64,000 nucleotides of DNA from Candidatus Cloacimonadales bacterium (GTDB lineage: Bacteria; Cloacimonadota; Cloacimonadia; Cloacimonadales; JAFGVF01). The stretch covers positions 864,001-928,000 of the forward strand of contig OY759729.1 of assembly GCA_963662585.1 (NCBI GenBank). Reading direction: 5' to 3'. Made by a program: the position numbers and the translations under genes. Numbering within the stretch: the first letter of the stretch is position 1; each line of letters begins with the position of its first letter. Under the pieces are notes generated by a model. The model was given only the letters and a program-made list of their open reading frames with translations, had not been told where the DNA came from and did not search any database. Below, piece by piece: positions 9,214-19,109 of this stretch.

Positions 9214-10545
9214 CTATATAGTTTTGGTAGATGAGGTAATGTGGAACTTGGCAACTTTAACATGAGGCATCTTAACAGAAGAGATGTTAAAAGCACCATA
9301 ATTTGAAGAGAATGGAATCACAAAACTATCCTTTTCAATCTCAGTTATGTTTTCTAAGACTGAGCTAATTTTCTCTGTAAATCTAAGATTATTAACAACT
9401 TTAGTAATCTTACCATCTTCTATCAAAAATGTTCCGTCTCTAGTCAAACCTGTAAGAGAAGTCTCTTTGACATTAATGAAATTCATATAGTGTAAGCTGG
9501 AGATATAGATACCTTTCTTTACAGTAGAAATCATTTCATCCAAGGATTTTTCCCCAGTCTCCATTACTAAACAGGAGCCACTATTTCCGTTGATTGGTAA
9601 TTTTGTTTTGTGGCCATAAAAAGTATTGACTAAATAGTTTTTGAAAACACCATTCTCGATTAGCACTAACTTATCAATTTTATGTCCTTCTCCATTATAG
9701 TCAAAATTCACTAAATCAGCATCATGTGGGTCGTCAAACACAGTGATGTTTTTAGGAAAGACTTGAGTATTCTCTTTACCTTCAAAGAAACTGGATTTCC
9801 TATCTAAAGCCCCTGCAGAAAATGAGCTTCCAAGATAACTTAGATACTCACCAATACAGCGAGGAGCAAGAATAACTTCATAATGATCAGGATCTAAATC
9901 GACAACTTCCGCTTTACCGGCAATGAGTTTTCGTTCAAAACTCTCTAGTGCTCTATCAAAGTTTAAGTTTGCTAGCTGTTCCCCACCTAGTGATTCTAAG
10001 ACAGTAACCATATTTTTATCAGCTACGCCTTTGATTTCTAACATAATAGGTGAATTATAACCTACTTTATCAACTCCATTACTATTGAGAGTAGTTGAAG
10101 TTTCATAATTACAAATAAAAGTACCAAAAATTTTAAATCCGTGCTTGATAGCTACTGTAGAAAATTTCTGTAAAATATCAATCTTATTATCTAAAGATAA
10201 TTTAATGATATTATCTTCTTTAACTATTTCTTCTGTTTTAGTTAAATCACTTTCAATATCCACAAAATCTTCATCACTAGGAAGTTTATCGATTAAAATG
10301 AAAGACTCATCTAACTTGTGATTTAGCTTCTTTTCATCAGGATCAGAAATCGAGAAAGATAATGATTTCTTTCCTTGATAAATTGTTACCCAAAGCTGTT
10401 CACTACTTTTACTAATGTTATAGTTAACTTGACTTTGGTAAAAACGGAGAAAGTCCGTTTGCCAACTACTATGATTAAAGATGAACTTATAATCTTTATG
10501 TGTTGCAATAACTTCCTCTAGGAATTTTCTTAATTGTTCTTGCAT
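9214..10545 (-). CDS. pmbA: PmbA/TldE family protein (non-catalytic partner)
   Basis: TldD/PmbA C-terminal motifs TGLTRDGTFLIEDGKI and NLRFTE; lacks HExxxH; adjacent to tldD. Confidence 0.8.
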   Translation of the reverse strand: MQEQLRKFLEEVIATHKDYKFIFNHSSWQTDFLRFYQSQVNYNISKSSEQLWVTIYQGKKSLSFSISDPDEKKLNHKLDESFILIDKLPSDEDFVDIESDLTKTEEIVKEDNIIKLSLDNKIDILQKFSTVAIKHGFKIFGTFICNYETSTTLNSNGVDKVGYNSPIMLEIKGVADKNMVTVLESLGGEQLANLNFDRALESFERKLIAGKAEVVDLDPDHYEVILAPRCIGEYLSYLGSSFSAGALDRKSSFFEGKENTQVFPKNITVFDDPHDADLVNFDYNGEGHKIDKLVLIENGVFKNYLVNTFYGHKTKLPINGNSGSCLVMETGEKSLDEMISTVKKGIYISSLHYMNFINVKETSLTGLTRDGTFLIEDGKITKVVNNLRFTEKISSVLENITEIEKDSFVIPFSSNYGAFNISSVKMPHVKVAKFHITSSTKTI

Positions 10546-10557
10546 TACTAACTCCTA

Positions 10558-11856
10558 TTAATAGTAATTAAGCGTTGTAGCTTGGAAATCCCTTTTTATA
10601 AGTTTCCCAAACCCTCTTTGATCTTGAATACCTTCTTTAAAGTCATATATTTTCTCTCCCCTTAAATAGGTTTGAGTTATTTTACAATTTATTTTTACAT
10701 CTTTGAAAGATGAGTAACTATCAATTGATTCTTCTTGTAACTGGGGATCAATAACAATGAAGTCTGCATCTTTTTCTTTATCAAATCCACCTTTTCTGTG
10801 ATCTACACCTAAAATCTTAGCAGGATTACCACAGAGCATTCTCTCCAAATTACCCAATGTCATTCTCTTTGATAAATAATACTCCGAGAAGAGATAAGGT
10901 ATCATATATTGCAGATCAAGATAGTTAACTATATCGGAAAAATTCTCATCAGTATAATTTAAATCCTGATTTATAAAGCCACTATTTGTCGATATTGATG
11001 GTACTTTGCCTGTTTGAATCAAACTATCGATAGAGAGATTCGAGCTATTTTCTTGGATACCTGGAAGATACATACTCTCTTTATTTTCAAGAAAATAATG
11101 AGGATTAATATCATAAGTACAGTGATACTTTTTAGTAGAATTCATCACGAAATCTACTATTTCCGGAGAAACGATATTAAAAAGATGTACTTGGGTCTCT
11201 TGTGATCTTCTAAAAAGTTTCTTTACTGCTTCAAACTGATATTTGCTAATATCATGGGGGTCAGCACCTTTATTCTTACAAAAATTAGGAAAATCTAAAG
11301 GGAAAACACCAAAAAGAATTTGAGAATTAGAAAAATCAGTAAATAACTCTAAAATCTCTTCATAATCTAGAGGAGAGATAGTATCATTATTACTATATAA
11401 GTAAAACTCAATTCCCACAACTCCATTTTTGGATAACTCTGAAATCTCTTCATTATAATAGGGATAGTCATCACTATTAATTAATCCCCATATACCATAA
11501 TCTATAAGAGAATTATTTTCATATAATTTAGCAATTGAAGAAAAGTCATAACCTTCTGAAAGAGGAGTATCGGTATTACAATTGCTATCTGCCATGTAGG
11601 TTATACCTCCCTTAGCAGCAGCTTTAGAAGCATTATAAAAGTAGTTTTGCCAGTTAGGATGATCAGACCTAAAGTGAGTATGCACATCTACGCCCCCAGG
11701 CAAAACTATTTTGCCATCTAAATCAATAACAGTTGTGTTTTCAGGAGGGGTAATTGAATCTTCACGCACATCAACAATTTTTTCATCGAATAAAATATCA
11801 ACTTTTCTCTCTTTGGTAATCCCAGCAGAGATAGTTGCATTCTTAAATAGTATCAT
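10558..11856 (-). CDS. Allantoinase/dihydroorotase-like amidohydrolase with degenerate active site
   Basis: LPGGVDVHTH, AAAKGGIT, NPAKILG and KG..DADF motifs; later metal ligands appear substituted. Confidence 0.7.
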   Translation of the reverse strand: MILFKNATISAGITKERKVDILFDEKIVDVREDSITPPENTTVIDLDGKIVLPGGVDVHTHFRSDHPNWQNYFYNASKAAAKGGITYMADSNCNTDTPLSEGYDFSSIAKLYENNSLIDYGIWGLINSDDYPYYNEEISELSKNGVVGIEFYLYSNNDTISPLDYEEILELFTDFSNSQILFGVFPLDFPNFCKNKGADPHDISKYQFEAVKKLFRRSQETQVHLFNIVSPEIVDFVMNSTKKYHCTYDINPHYFLENKESMYLPGIQENSSNLSIDSLIQTGKVPSISTNSGFINQDLNYTDENFSDIVNYLDLQYMIPYLFSEYYLSKRMTLGNLERMLCGNPAKILGVDHRKGGFDKEKDADFIVIDPQLQEESIDSYSSFKDVKINCKITQTYLRGEKIYDFKEGIQDQRGFGKLIKRDFQATTLNYY

Positions 11857-12270
11857 TCTCGTTCCTTATTAAGTAAAATAACATTTAACAGTGGAAAGTT
11901 ATATTAAATCTTATAAACATAATATTGTATTTAACTTATTCTGTCAATTAATTTCTTGCAATTTGTGCTTTTAGGATTAAAAAGTGACTGATTTATTTTG
12001 TTTTATAAAGCAGAGAATATTAGTAAATAGAGGAAGCCTAACAAAGCAAATATTAAGAAAATACCAAAATTAACCATTACAATAGTTGTTTCAGTATATA
12101 AGGACATTGTAATAGAGAAGCCGAGTTGGGACATCCTTCACGCTTCCAATAAGCCTGGTAATTATCTATCTTTTTCACTTGATAAAAATAAATAGGCCTT
12201 TAACAAGAGCCTAAGGTCTTCTTATACAATTCCTTGATATTGTTCTGCTTTCTTTTTACTTTTCCAATAA

Positions 12271-12302
12271 AAAGAAGCTCTTTCCGAAGAAAGAGCTTCT
12301 TT
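12271..12302 (-). terminator. Intrinsic terminator after iorB
   Basis: AAAGAAGCTCTTTC-CGAA-GAAAGAGCTTCTTT hairpin just past the iorB stop. Confidence 0.8.
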
Positions 12303-12315
12303 AATTATAATTTAT

Positions 12316-12885
12316 CTATTGTTCAAATACTTTCAAGTTTTCTTCTAGCAGACTACCTTTAAGCAAATCTTTAATAGCTTGAAGATAATTATCTCGTGAG
12401 ATACCAGGGATTAGGTTATGTTTAGAGATATAACCTAAGACTACAACATTTTGCATTTTAGAATTTTGTAAATCATCCTTAAATACTCGGTGATAGTTAA
12501 TTTCTCTTCTCTTACACTCAGCTTCAATGGTTTTAGTATTAGTTTCTTCTGCTTGTCTCATTCTCACATCTAAAGGTTGCCAGACTGCATCATAAAATAC
12601 TAAATCTCCTGCGTTTCTAAGATGAGAATTCATTCCTCGCAAGGCTTCATGTCTTTCTAAAGCAATAACGATATCTGCTTTGCCTTCAGGGATTAGGGGA
12701 GAAAAAGCTTTAGAACCTAATCTAATTTGCGAGGTAACTGTTCCACCTCGTTGAGCTAAGCCATGTGTATCGACGCCTTTAGCTTGAAGCTCTGCGTAAT
12801 AGGCTGCTCTGATAATTGCTTCAGAGAGTAAGCCTATACCTTGTCCACCTACACCTATTATGAATATGTTAAAATTTGTAGACAT
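12316..12885 (-). CDS. iorB: Indolepyruvate:ferredoxin oxidoreductase beta subunit
   Basis: GVGGQG and HGLAQRGGTV motifs; coupled to iorA. Confidence 0.88.
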   Translation of the reverse strand: MSTNFNIFIIGVGGQGIGLLSEAIIRAAYYAELQAKGVDTHGLAQRGGTVTSQIRLGSKAFSPLIPEGKADIVIALERHEALRGMNSHLRNAGDLVFYDAVWQPLDVRMRQAEETNTKTIEAECKRREINYHRVFKDDLQNSKMQNVVVLGYISKHNLIPGISRDNYLQAIKDLLKGSLLEENLKVFEQ

Positions 12886-14768
12886 TACTTTTCCTCCTTT
12901 GCTTTAGATTCAATTGCCTGGGTTGGGCAAGTTTGCTTACAAGAACCATCTCCAATACATAGGTCTTCTTGGACCCAAACTGAACCATCTGGATTAATTT
13001 GATAAGAAGGACAGGCAAAGCTAGAGATACAATCATAAGTTTTATTACACTTAGCAGTTACGAACACTTTAGGTGGAGTTCCTAGCTTCTTTTTAGCTAA
13101 TTCACGAGTAAATTTTAACATACAAGGATGCTTAGCTATCACAACATTGAAACCATCTTCAGCTAAAGCATCTTTTACAGCTTGAGTTAGTTTAGCTTGC
13201 TGATAAGTATCAACAACTTGTACATTAGCTACTCCCATTCCTTTCAGCATATCTAGAATAGGAATTTTCTCAGAAACTTCATTGAAGTTCTTTCCTACAG
13301 CAGGGTGATCTTGATGTCCTGTCATCGCAGTAGTTCCATTTTCCATAATAATTAAAGTATGATTGTGGTTATTAAAAATGGCATTGATAATACCTGGTAA
13401 TCCTGCATGGAAAAAGGTTGAATCACCTAAGAAAGAGACAACTTTTCTCTTAGTGTTAAAAATAGAAAGTCCAGCTGCTGTACCATTAGAGTGTCCCATA
13501 CTCAACAGAGCTTCTCCAATCTTGTAAGGAGGCATAAATCCCAAGGTGTGGCAACCAATATCGCCAACAGTAATAGTATCATCATCTATTGCCTTACGAA
13601 TAGCATAGAAAGCTGATCTATGCCCACAACCAGGACACATCTGAGCTGGTCGAGGATTTAACTTAGGTTTTTGGGTATCTTGAACTTCAGCAGGAGCAAA
13701 GAAATCACTCCACTGTTTTCTTAAGACTTCTTTTACTTTATCAGGAGTATATTCATTCTCCCAATCAAGTAAATCACTTTTACCTGTTATTTTCACAGCA
13801 ATCTGATTTTCATAGGCAATCATCTTAACATCTCTTTCTACTATATCATCTAATTCTTCAAGTATCTTAACTTCTTTATGAGACTTCAAAAAATCAATAA
13901 TCATCTGTTTAGGAAGAGGATAGACAATACCTAATTTAAGAATATCAGGCTGAACCTTCATCTCTTGCATTACATCTAACAGTGAGTAATAAGGTAAGCC
14001 CATTGTGATAATTCCCACTTCTTTATTAGCATTATCTTTAATGAAATTAAGATTGGATTTATCTGAATACTCAGCAAACTCACTTAGTTTTTTGAGTGCT
14101 TTTCTTTTGAGTGGAAAAACAGCTGAAGTGATAGGGATATAAGGTCCGTTATTAGCATCAAATTTAGGATTAGGATCTAATTCTGTTCTATTCCAAGCAT
14201 CAAATTCAATCAGTTCTTTATAGTGACAAACATGCGTTGTTAAGCGTAGAAACACAGGCATTTTCTTCTCTTGGGAGATTTTGGCTGCCTCTTTAAACAT
14301 TTGATAAGCTTCTGTTGGGGTAGAAGGTTCAAAAACTGGGATATAGGACATTTTAGCAAAATGTCTGTTATCCTGTTCATTCTGGGAAGAGTTAGCTCCC
14401 GGATCATCTCCAAGTATAATCACCATCCCTCCAATTAGTTCCATTAAGCCTAATTGGACAAGAGAATCAGCTGCGACATTTAGTCCCACACTCTTGAAGA
14501 ATACACAAGAGAGATGGCCGTTTATAGAAGCACCGAAGGCAACTTCAGTGGCGACTTTTTCATTTACAGAGAATTCAAAGTAAAATGGTCTCTCTTCACG
14601 AGGAATTTGAGCTATCGCGGTAGCAATTTCTGGAGTAGGTGAACCTGGGTAAGATGTTACAACTTTAACATTAGCTTCTACCATAGCTCGAACCAATGCC
14701 CAGTTTCCCATCATAATTTCATGAGTCTTTTCCTTAGAAAGTAATATTTCTGGTAATTTCTTCATCAA
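12885..14768 (-). CDS. iorA: Indolepyruvate:ferredoxin oxidoreductase alpha subunit
   Basis: YPGSPTPE, NEKVA, SSQNEQD, CPGCGHR, GDIGC, GDSTFFH (TPP) and TAMTGHQ motifs; C-terminal ferredoxin-like Cys cluster. Confidence 0.92.
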   Translation of the reverse strand: MMKKLPEILLSKEKTHEIMMGNWALVRAMVEANVKVVTSYPGSPTPEIATAIAQIPREERPFYFEFSVNEKVATEVAFGASINGHLSCVFFKSVGLNVAADSLVQLGLMELIGGMVIILGDDPGANSSQNEQDNRHFAKMSYIPVFEPSTPTEAYQMFKEAAKISQEKKMPVFLRLTTHVCHYKELIEFDAWNRTELDPNPKFDANNGPYIPITSAVFPLKRKALKKLSEFAEYSDKSNLNFIKDNANKEVGIITMGLPYYSLLDVMQEMKVQPDILKLGIVYPLPKQMIIDFLKSHKEVKILEELDDIVERDVKMIAYENQIAVKITGKSDLLDWENEYTPDKVKEVLRKQWSDFFAPAEVQDTQKPKLNPRPAQMCPGCGHRSAFYAIRKAIDDDTITVGDIGCHTLGFMPPYKIGEALLSMGHSNGTAAGLSIFNTKRKVVSFLGDSTFFHAGLPGIINAIFNNHNHTLIIMENGTTAMTGHQDHPAVGKNFNEVSEKIPILDMLKGMGVANVQVVDTYQQAKLTQAVKDALAEDGFNVVIAKHPCMLKFTRELAKKKLGTPPKVFVTAKCNKTYDCISSFACPSYQINPDGSVWVQEDLCIGDGSCKQTCPTQAIESKAKEEK

Positions 14769-14868
14769 AACTCCTTATATAAGTTATTTGATTTTATCAT
14801 TATACTTTAAAAGTAATGAATTTTGCTGAAATACCAAAAATAAATATTTGTAAAATTCTGTCCGCCCT

Positions 14869-15320
14869 AACTAGGAATGTGGGGTTATTGCCCGTTCATT
14901 GCTGTAAAAGAAATGATATTCCCAAATCTATTTCAGAGATGGGAATTTAGGGGGTGTTTTCTTTTTATGCAATGGAAGCGTCCCTGCTTCCATTAACTGG
15001 GGTTACGGACCAATAGTCCGTGAATCTTAAATTATGTTTCCTAAAATCCACATCAGTGATGGAGACATAGGGTCTATGGAATGGAAGCGTCCCTGCTTCC
15101 ATTAACTGGGGTTACGGACCTTTAGTCCGTGAATCTTAAATTATGGAATGGAAGCGTCCCTGCTTCCATCAGGCTGTATTTCAGCCTGCTCTTATCTTTT
15201 CTGGCGGCAGAGACGCCCCCAGTCCATAGGCCCCTGCTTCCATTAACTGGGGTTACGGACCTATAGTCCGTGAATCTTAAATTATGTTTCCTAAAATCCC
15301 CTTCAGTGAGGGGGACACAG
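14869..15320. repeat. Mosaic cluster of REP-like palindromes (BIME-like)
   Basis: Three copies of ATGGAAGCGTCCCTGCTTCCAT (14972, 15081, 15148) and three of TAACTGGGGTTACGGACCWWTAGTCCGTGAATC (14994, 15103, 15244). Also CAGGCTGTATTTCAGCCTG (15170) and a degenerate copy of the 42667 unit at 14869. Confidence 0.85.
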
Positions 15321-15579
15321 GAGGTATTTCCATATCTGGTCCTCCACAATCTATTACAACAATGACTATATTTATGTTTTTCTTAGTCTTTGGAAATTTT
15401 TAAAATTTATAATAAATACAAATATAGCAATATTTTGCACTTTACCATATTAGTAAATGCTCATTAAGTGTAATTCAGTATAAGTATTATGCAATTCACA
15501 AACTAATTCAAAATATTATGTTGACATATTAGCAAATATGAGTACATTAATAATATCAATTAGGAAGAGAGGAAGGATA

Positions 15580-17661
15580 ATGAAAAAGATTATTTTATTT
15601 GTAATTGTACTAGTTTTGACTGGAACTTTATTCTCAGTAGGTCTATTGATTGACTCTTCAATACAGAGCCAATATGTCCTAATCAAATTAGATGAAGTAA
15701 TTTATGATGTCAATATCGAAAATCAAGTAGCAATGGTAAGGGTTCAAGAGACTTTCGTTAATCAACTAGAAAGAGAAATAACTCCACGCTATTATTTCCC
15801 CATGCAAGAGGGAGCATCACCCACTATGATTCGTTGGTTTCAAAACAATCAGTGGTATCAGGCAAATATCAGTGCTAATCCTCAAAATCCTCCAGGAGGA
15901 CCTACCTATACACCATATAATATTGAAACATATTTAGGTGAGCAAGTACCAACTATATTTGATCTTCCTTTAACAGCCAATTACCAGGATTCTATAATAG
16001 TCGAATTTACTTTCGTTCAATTATTACCTTATGCATTTGGAGATGTAAATCTCTTCTTAAAGAACAACTATTCTAGCATTCAAAGTAGTATAATTACCCA
16101 TCAAGAATTAGATATTGAACTTGTTTCTGATAGAGAAATAGTATCCTATTCTATTGATGGCATAGGAAGTCAATATTCCGAAGTAGGCACTAATGAAGTT
16201 CAAACTCTTTATGAAGTCTATGAAACAACCAATAGTATTGATTATAATCTAGTATTTTCCTTAAATCAAGAAGAGCTGGGTTTGTGGTCAATGAGTACTT
16301 ATTTGGATTCTGTAGCTGATAATCAGGACCACGGATTCTTTACTATGATTGTAGAACCTGATCCTTCGGAAGAGACTGAAGTAATTGATAAAGTTTTTTC
16401 CTTAATCATTGATACTTCTGGAAGTATGGGTGGGGAAAAAATTATTCAAGCTAGGAATGCTGCTAATTATATCATTAATAACCTTAATGAAGGGGACAGA
16501 TTTAATATTATTTCATTCTCTACCTATGCTTTTTCTTTATGGGAATCGCATTTGCTTAATAATGAGGCTAATCGCCAACAAGCAATTAATTATATAAATT
16601 CATTAGATGCTGTTGGTGCAACCAATATATCAGAAGCTTTCGATATAACAATTCCTCAATTTAACGGATATCTGGAAGATACTGCTAACATAGTTATTTT
16701 CATGACTGATGGAGAACAGACTGAAGGTATTACCAACACTAACCAATTGATAAATCACATCGGTGGATTATTTTCTTCTTGCGATGCTCCAGTTTATCTC
16801 TTTAATTTTGGCATTGGGATGTCAACAAATGAAGTTCTATTATCTACAACTGCTAATTCAAATAACGGATTTGCCACTTATCTAGGTAATGATGAATTAT
16901 ATGGTGTGATAACAGACTTTTATAATATGATAAGATATCCTGTAATGTTGAGTCCACAAATATCTGTTTCACCAGACAATGTTTTAGTAGATTTCCATCC
17001 AATAATGTTACCAAACCTCTATAAAGGTAAACAGATGATTATCAGTGGTCGATACAATGAGCCATGTGATATCGAAATTAACTTTTCAGGATTAGCCTAT
17101 GGTAATGAAGTTAATTATCAATATGAAGTTACTCTTGCAGATTCAAGTAATACGCGCTATGCCTTTTTACCAAAAATTTGGGCCAAGCAAAAGATAGAAG
17201 ATTTACTCAGAGACTATTATACTTATGCAGAAAACTCTCCTGAAGCAGAAGCTATAATGGATGAAATTGTAGAATTAAGTCAGCTTTGGGGAGTTCTAAC
17301 TCCATTCACTAGCTTTACTGGAGATGGTGTGGATAACTATGATGAAGAGCTTGAACAAAATGAAGTCGAAAGTTCTTCTATGATTACTCTTCTAGGAAAC
17401 TATCCTAATCCATTCAACCCTGAGACTCAAATTAGATTCGAAATTAAAGAAGATATCAATGATTTTATGCTTGTCAAAATCTATAATTTGAAAGGTCAAT
17501 TAATAAAAATCATAAAAATTAAAGTAGATTCTAAGGGTCAATATTCTGTTGTTTGGGATGGAAGAAATGACGAGAATAAAGCTGTATCATCAGGTGTCTA
17601 TTTCTACAAAATTGAATATGCCAACCATTCTGCTAGTGGCAAGATGATTTTGATGAAATAA
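15580..17661 (+). CDS. Secreted VIT + vWA domain protein with C-terminal FlgD-Ig/T9SS-like sorting domain
   Basis: Signal peptide MKKIILFVIVLVL, MIDAS DTSGSM, GATNI, FMTDGE, and the C-terminal NYPNPFNP...IYNLKGQ...WDG...SGVYFY. Confidence 0.85.
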   Translation: MKKIILFVIVLVLTGTLFSVGLLIDSSIQSQYVLIKLDEVIYDVNIENQVAMVRVQETFVNQLEREITPRYYFPMQEGASPTMIRWFQNNQWYQANISANPQNPPGGPTYTPYNIETYLGEQVPTIFDLPLTANYQDSIIVEFTFVQLLPYAFGDVNLFLKNNYSSIQSSIITHQELDIELVSDREIVSYSIDGIGSQYSEVGTNEVQTLYEVYETTNSIDYNLVFSLNQEELGLWSMSTYLDSVADNQDHGFFTMIVEPDPSEETEVIDKVFSLIIDTSGSMGGEKIIQARNAANYIINNLNEGDRFNIISFSTYAFSLWESHLLNNEANRQQAINYINSLDAVGATNISEAFDITIPQFNGYLEDTANIVIFMTDGEQTEGITNTNQLINHIGGLFSSCDAPVYLFNFGIGMSTNEVLLSTTANSNNGFATYLGNDELYGVITDFYNMIRYPVMLSPQISVSPDNVLVDFHPIMLPNLYKGKQMIISGRYNEPCDIEINFSGLAYGNEVNYQYEVTLADSSNTRYAFLPKIWAKQKIEDLLRDYYTYAENSPEAEAIMDEIVELSQLWGVLTPFTSFTGDGVDNYDEELEQNEVESSSMITLLGNYPNPFNPETQIRFEIKEDINDFMLVKIYNLKGQLIKIIKIKVDSKGQYSVVWDGRNDENKAVSSGVYFYKIEYANHSASGKMILMK

Positions 17662-17760
17662 ACTGGGAGCGCCAGCATCCTTGCTGGCATTCTTAACTGG
17701 GAGCGCTTGCATCCCTGCTGGCATTCTTAACTGGGAGAGCTTGCATCCTTGCTGGCATTC
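17661..17760 (+). repeat. Three tandem 34-bp REP-like units
   Basis: AACTGGGAGCGCCAGCATCCTTGCTGGCATTCTT and two variants at 17661, 17695 and 17729; no spacers. Confidence 0.9.
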
Positions 17761-17779
17761 CCCAAAATACAATTATACT

Positions 17780-17804
17780 AGCCCTGCATAATGTAGGGCT
17801 TTTT
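17780..17804 (+). terminator. Intrinsic terminator
   Basis: AGCCCTGCAT-A-ATGTAGGGCT hairpin followed by TTTT. Confidence 0.7.
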
Positions 17805-17964
17805 CAATCCCCTTTCTTTATTACAAGCAATTTTAATATAGTAGCTTTCAGAAGCTAAGGTAGTCTTATAATAACAGAATTTTCATTATTTAGCTAGCAA
17901 CTGATTAACTAATATTTGTAATTAATCACTTTTTGATTATAATTAATTTATAAGAGGAGTTATA

Positions 17965-18915
17965 ATGAAAAATATTAAACCTAGAATAGTTCTAAGCAAA
18001 TGTATTAATTTTGAAGCATGTCGGTATAATGGACTTATGATGAATTCAGCTGTTATAGAAAAAATGAAAGATTTTGTAGAATTTATTACTGTTTGCCCTG
18101 AAGTAGAAATAGGCTTACCTATTCCCCGAGAATCTATTAGATTAATGCGACAAGGTGATGAAGTTAGATTAGTAAAATCTATGAGTGGTGAAGATTTTAC
18201 TGATAAGATGCTATCTTTTTCTAAAGAATTTGTAGGAAAATTGGAAGACATCGATGGCTTTATTCTTAAAAGTCGCTCGCCCTCATGTGGATTTAAAGAT
18301 GTAAAACTCTATTCAGGTATTGGGAAAATACCAGCAATAAGCACTAAAAGCGTTGGCTTATTTGCTCAAGAAGTTCTTGATAAGTACAGCCATCTTGCGA
18401 TTGAGGATGAAGGCAGACTTACTAATCTGCAATTAAGAGAACATTTCCTTACTAAAATCTATACTACTGCTGAATTTAGGAGTCTCCCCCATACCATGAA
18501 AAATTTAGTTGATTTTCATGCTTCCAACAAATACCTTTTTATGGCATATAACCAAGCTAAACTTAAGGAAGCAGGAAAAATAGTAGCTAATCATAATAAA
18601 GCTCCTGTGGATGAGGTCTTTGCTAAGTATCAAGAAAAACTCTATCAAATTTTCCAAAAAGCAGCAAATATCTCAACTAATATTAATGTTTTAATGCATA
18701 TCTTCGGCTACTTCTCTCAGGATCTTAATAGTGATGAGAAAGCTCACTTCTTAGAACAACTAGATCTCTTTAGGCAAAAGAAAATCCCTTTGATAGTTGT
18801 TACAACTATCTTAAATTCTTGGATTATGAGATTTAAAGAACCTTATCTCTCCCAACAACGCTATTTTAATCCCTTCCCTAAAGAACTAATGTCTATTAGT
18901 GATTCAGGAAAATAG
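17965..18915 (+). CDS. DUF523/DUF1722 (YbgA-like, 2-thiouracil desulfurase family) protein
   Basis: SKC..CRYNG, VCPEVEIGLPIPRE, KSRSPSCG, EDEGRL and NVLMHIFGYF motifs. Confidence 0.85.
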   Translation: MKNIKPRIVLSKCINFEACRYNGLMMNSAVIEKMKDFVEFITVCPEVEIGLPIPRESIRLMRQGDEVRLVKSMSGEDFTDKMLSFSKEFVGKLEDIDGFILKSRSPSCGFKDVKLYSGIGKIPAISTKSVGLFAQEVLDKYSHLAIEDEGRLTNLQLREHFLTKIYTTAEFRSLPHTMKNLVDFHASNKYLFMAYNQAKLKEAGKIVANHNKAPVDEVFAKYQEKLYQIFQKAANISTNINVLMHIFGYFSQDLNSDEKAHFLEQLDLFRQKKIPLIVVTTILNSWIMRFKEPYLSQQRYFNPFPKELMSISDSGK

Positions 18916-19085
18916 TTTCAAATCTAGAAAGACTTTCACACTCTAATTAAGAGAATATCCCTAAGTGACTAAATAGATTCGTCTAGGGTCTCATTTTTCA
19001 AAGAAAAATTGACCCTGGAGATGACATAACCGTATTAGGGTAACTCTGTCTTGTTAAAGCGAACAGTCGGGGTGTTTTTCTTTGA

Positions 19086-19109
19086 GGGCCTATGTCAATA
19101 GGCCCCTAC
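19086..19109 (-). repeat. Single GTAG-type REP palindrome
   Basis: Minus strand reads GTAG-GGGCCTAT-TGAC-ATAGGCCC: a GTAG foot plus an 8-bp perfect stem. Confidence 0.6.

Noticed and set aside
14970..15320. CRISPR array
   Set aside because: Intervening sequences are themselves repeated and irregular in length, with no unique spacers and no cas genes.
15122..15349. 75-aa ORF, and similar ORFs at 17590-17772 and 42717-42920
   Set aside because: These are translations of palindromic repeat DNA.
17661..17760. CRISPR mini-array
   Set aside because: Units are directly head-to-tail with no spacers.
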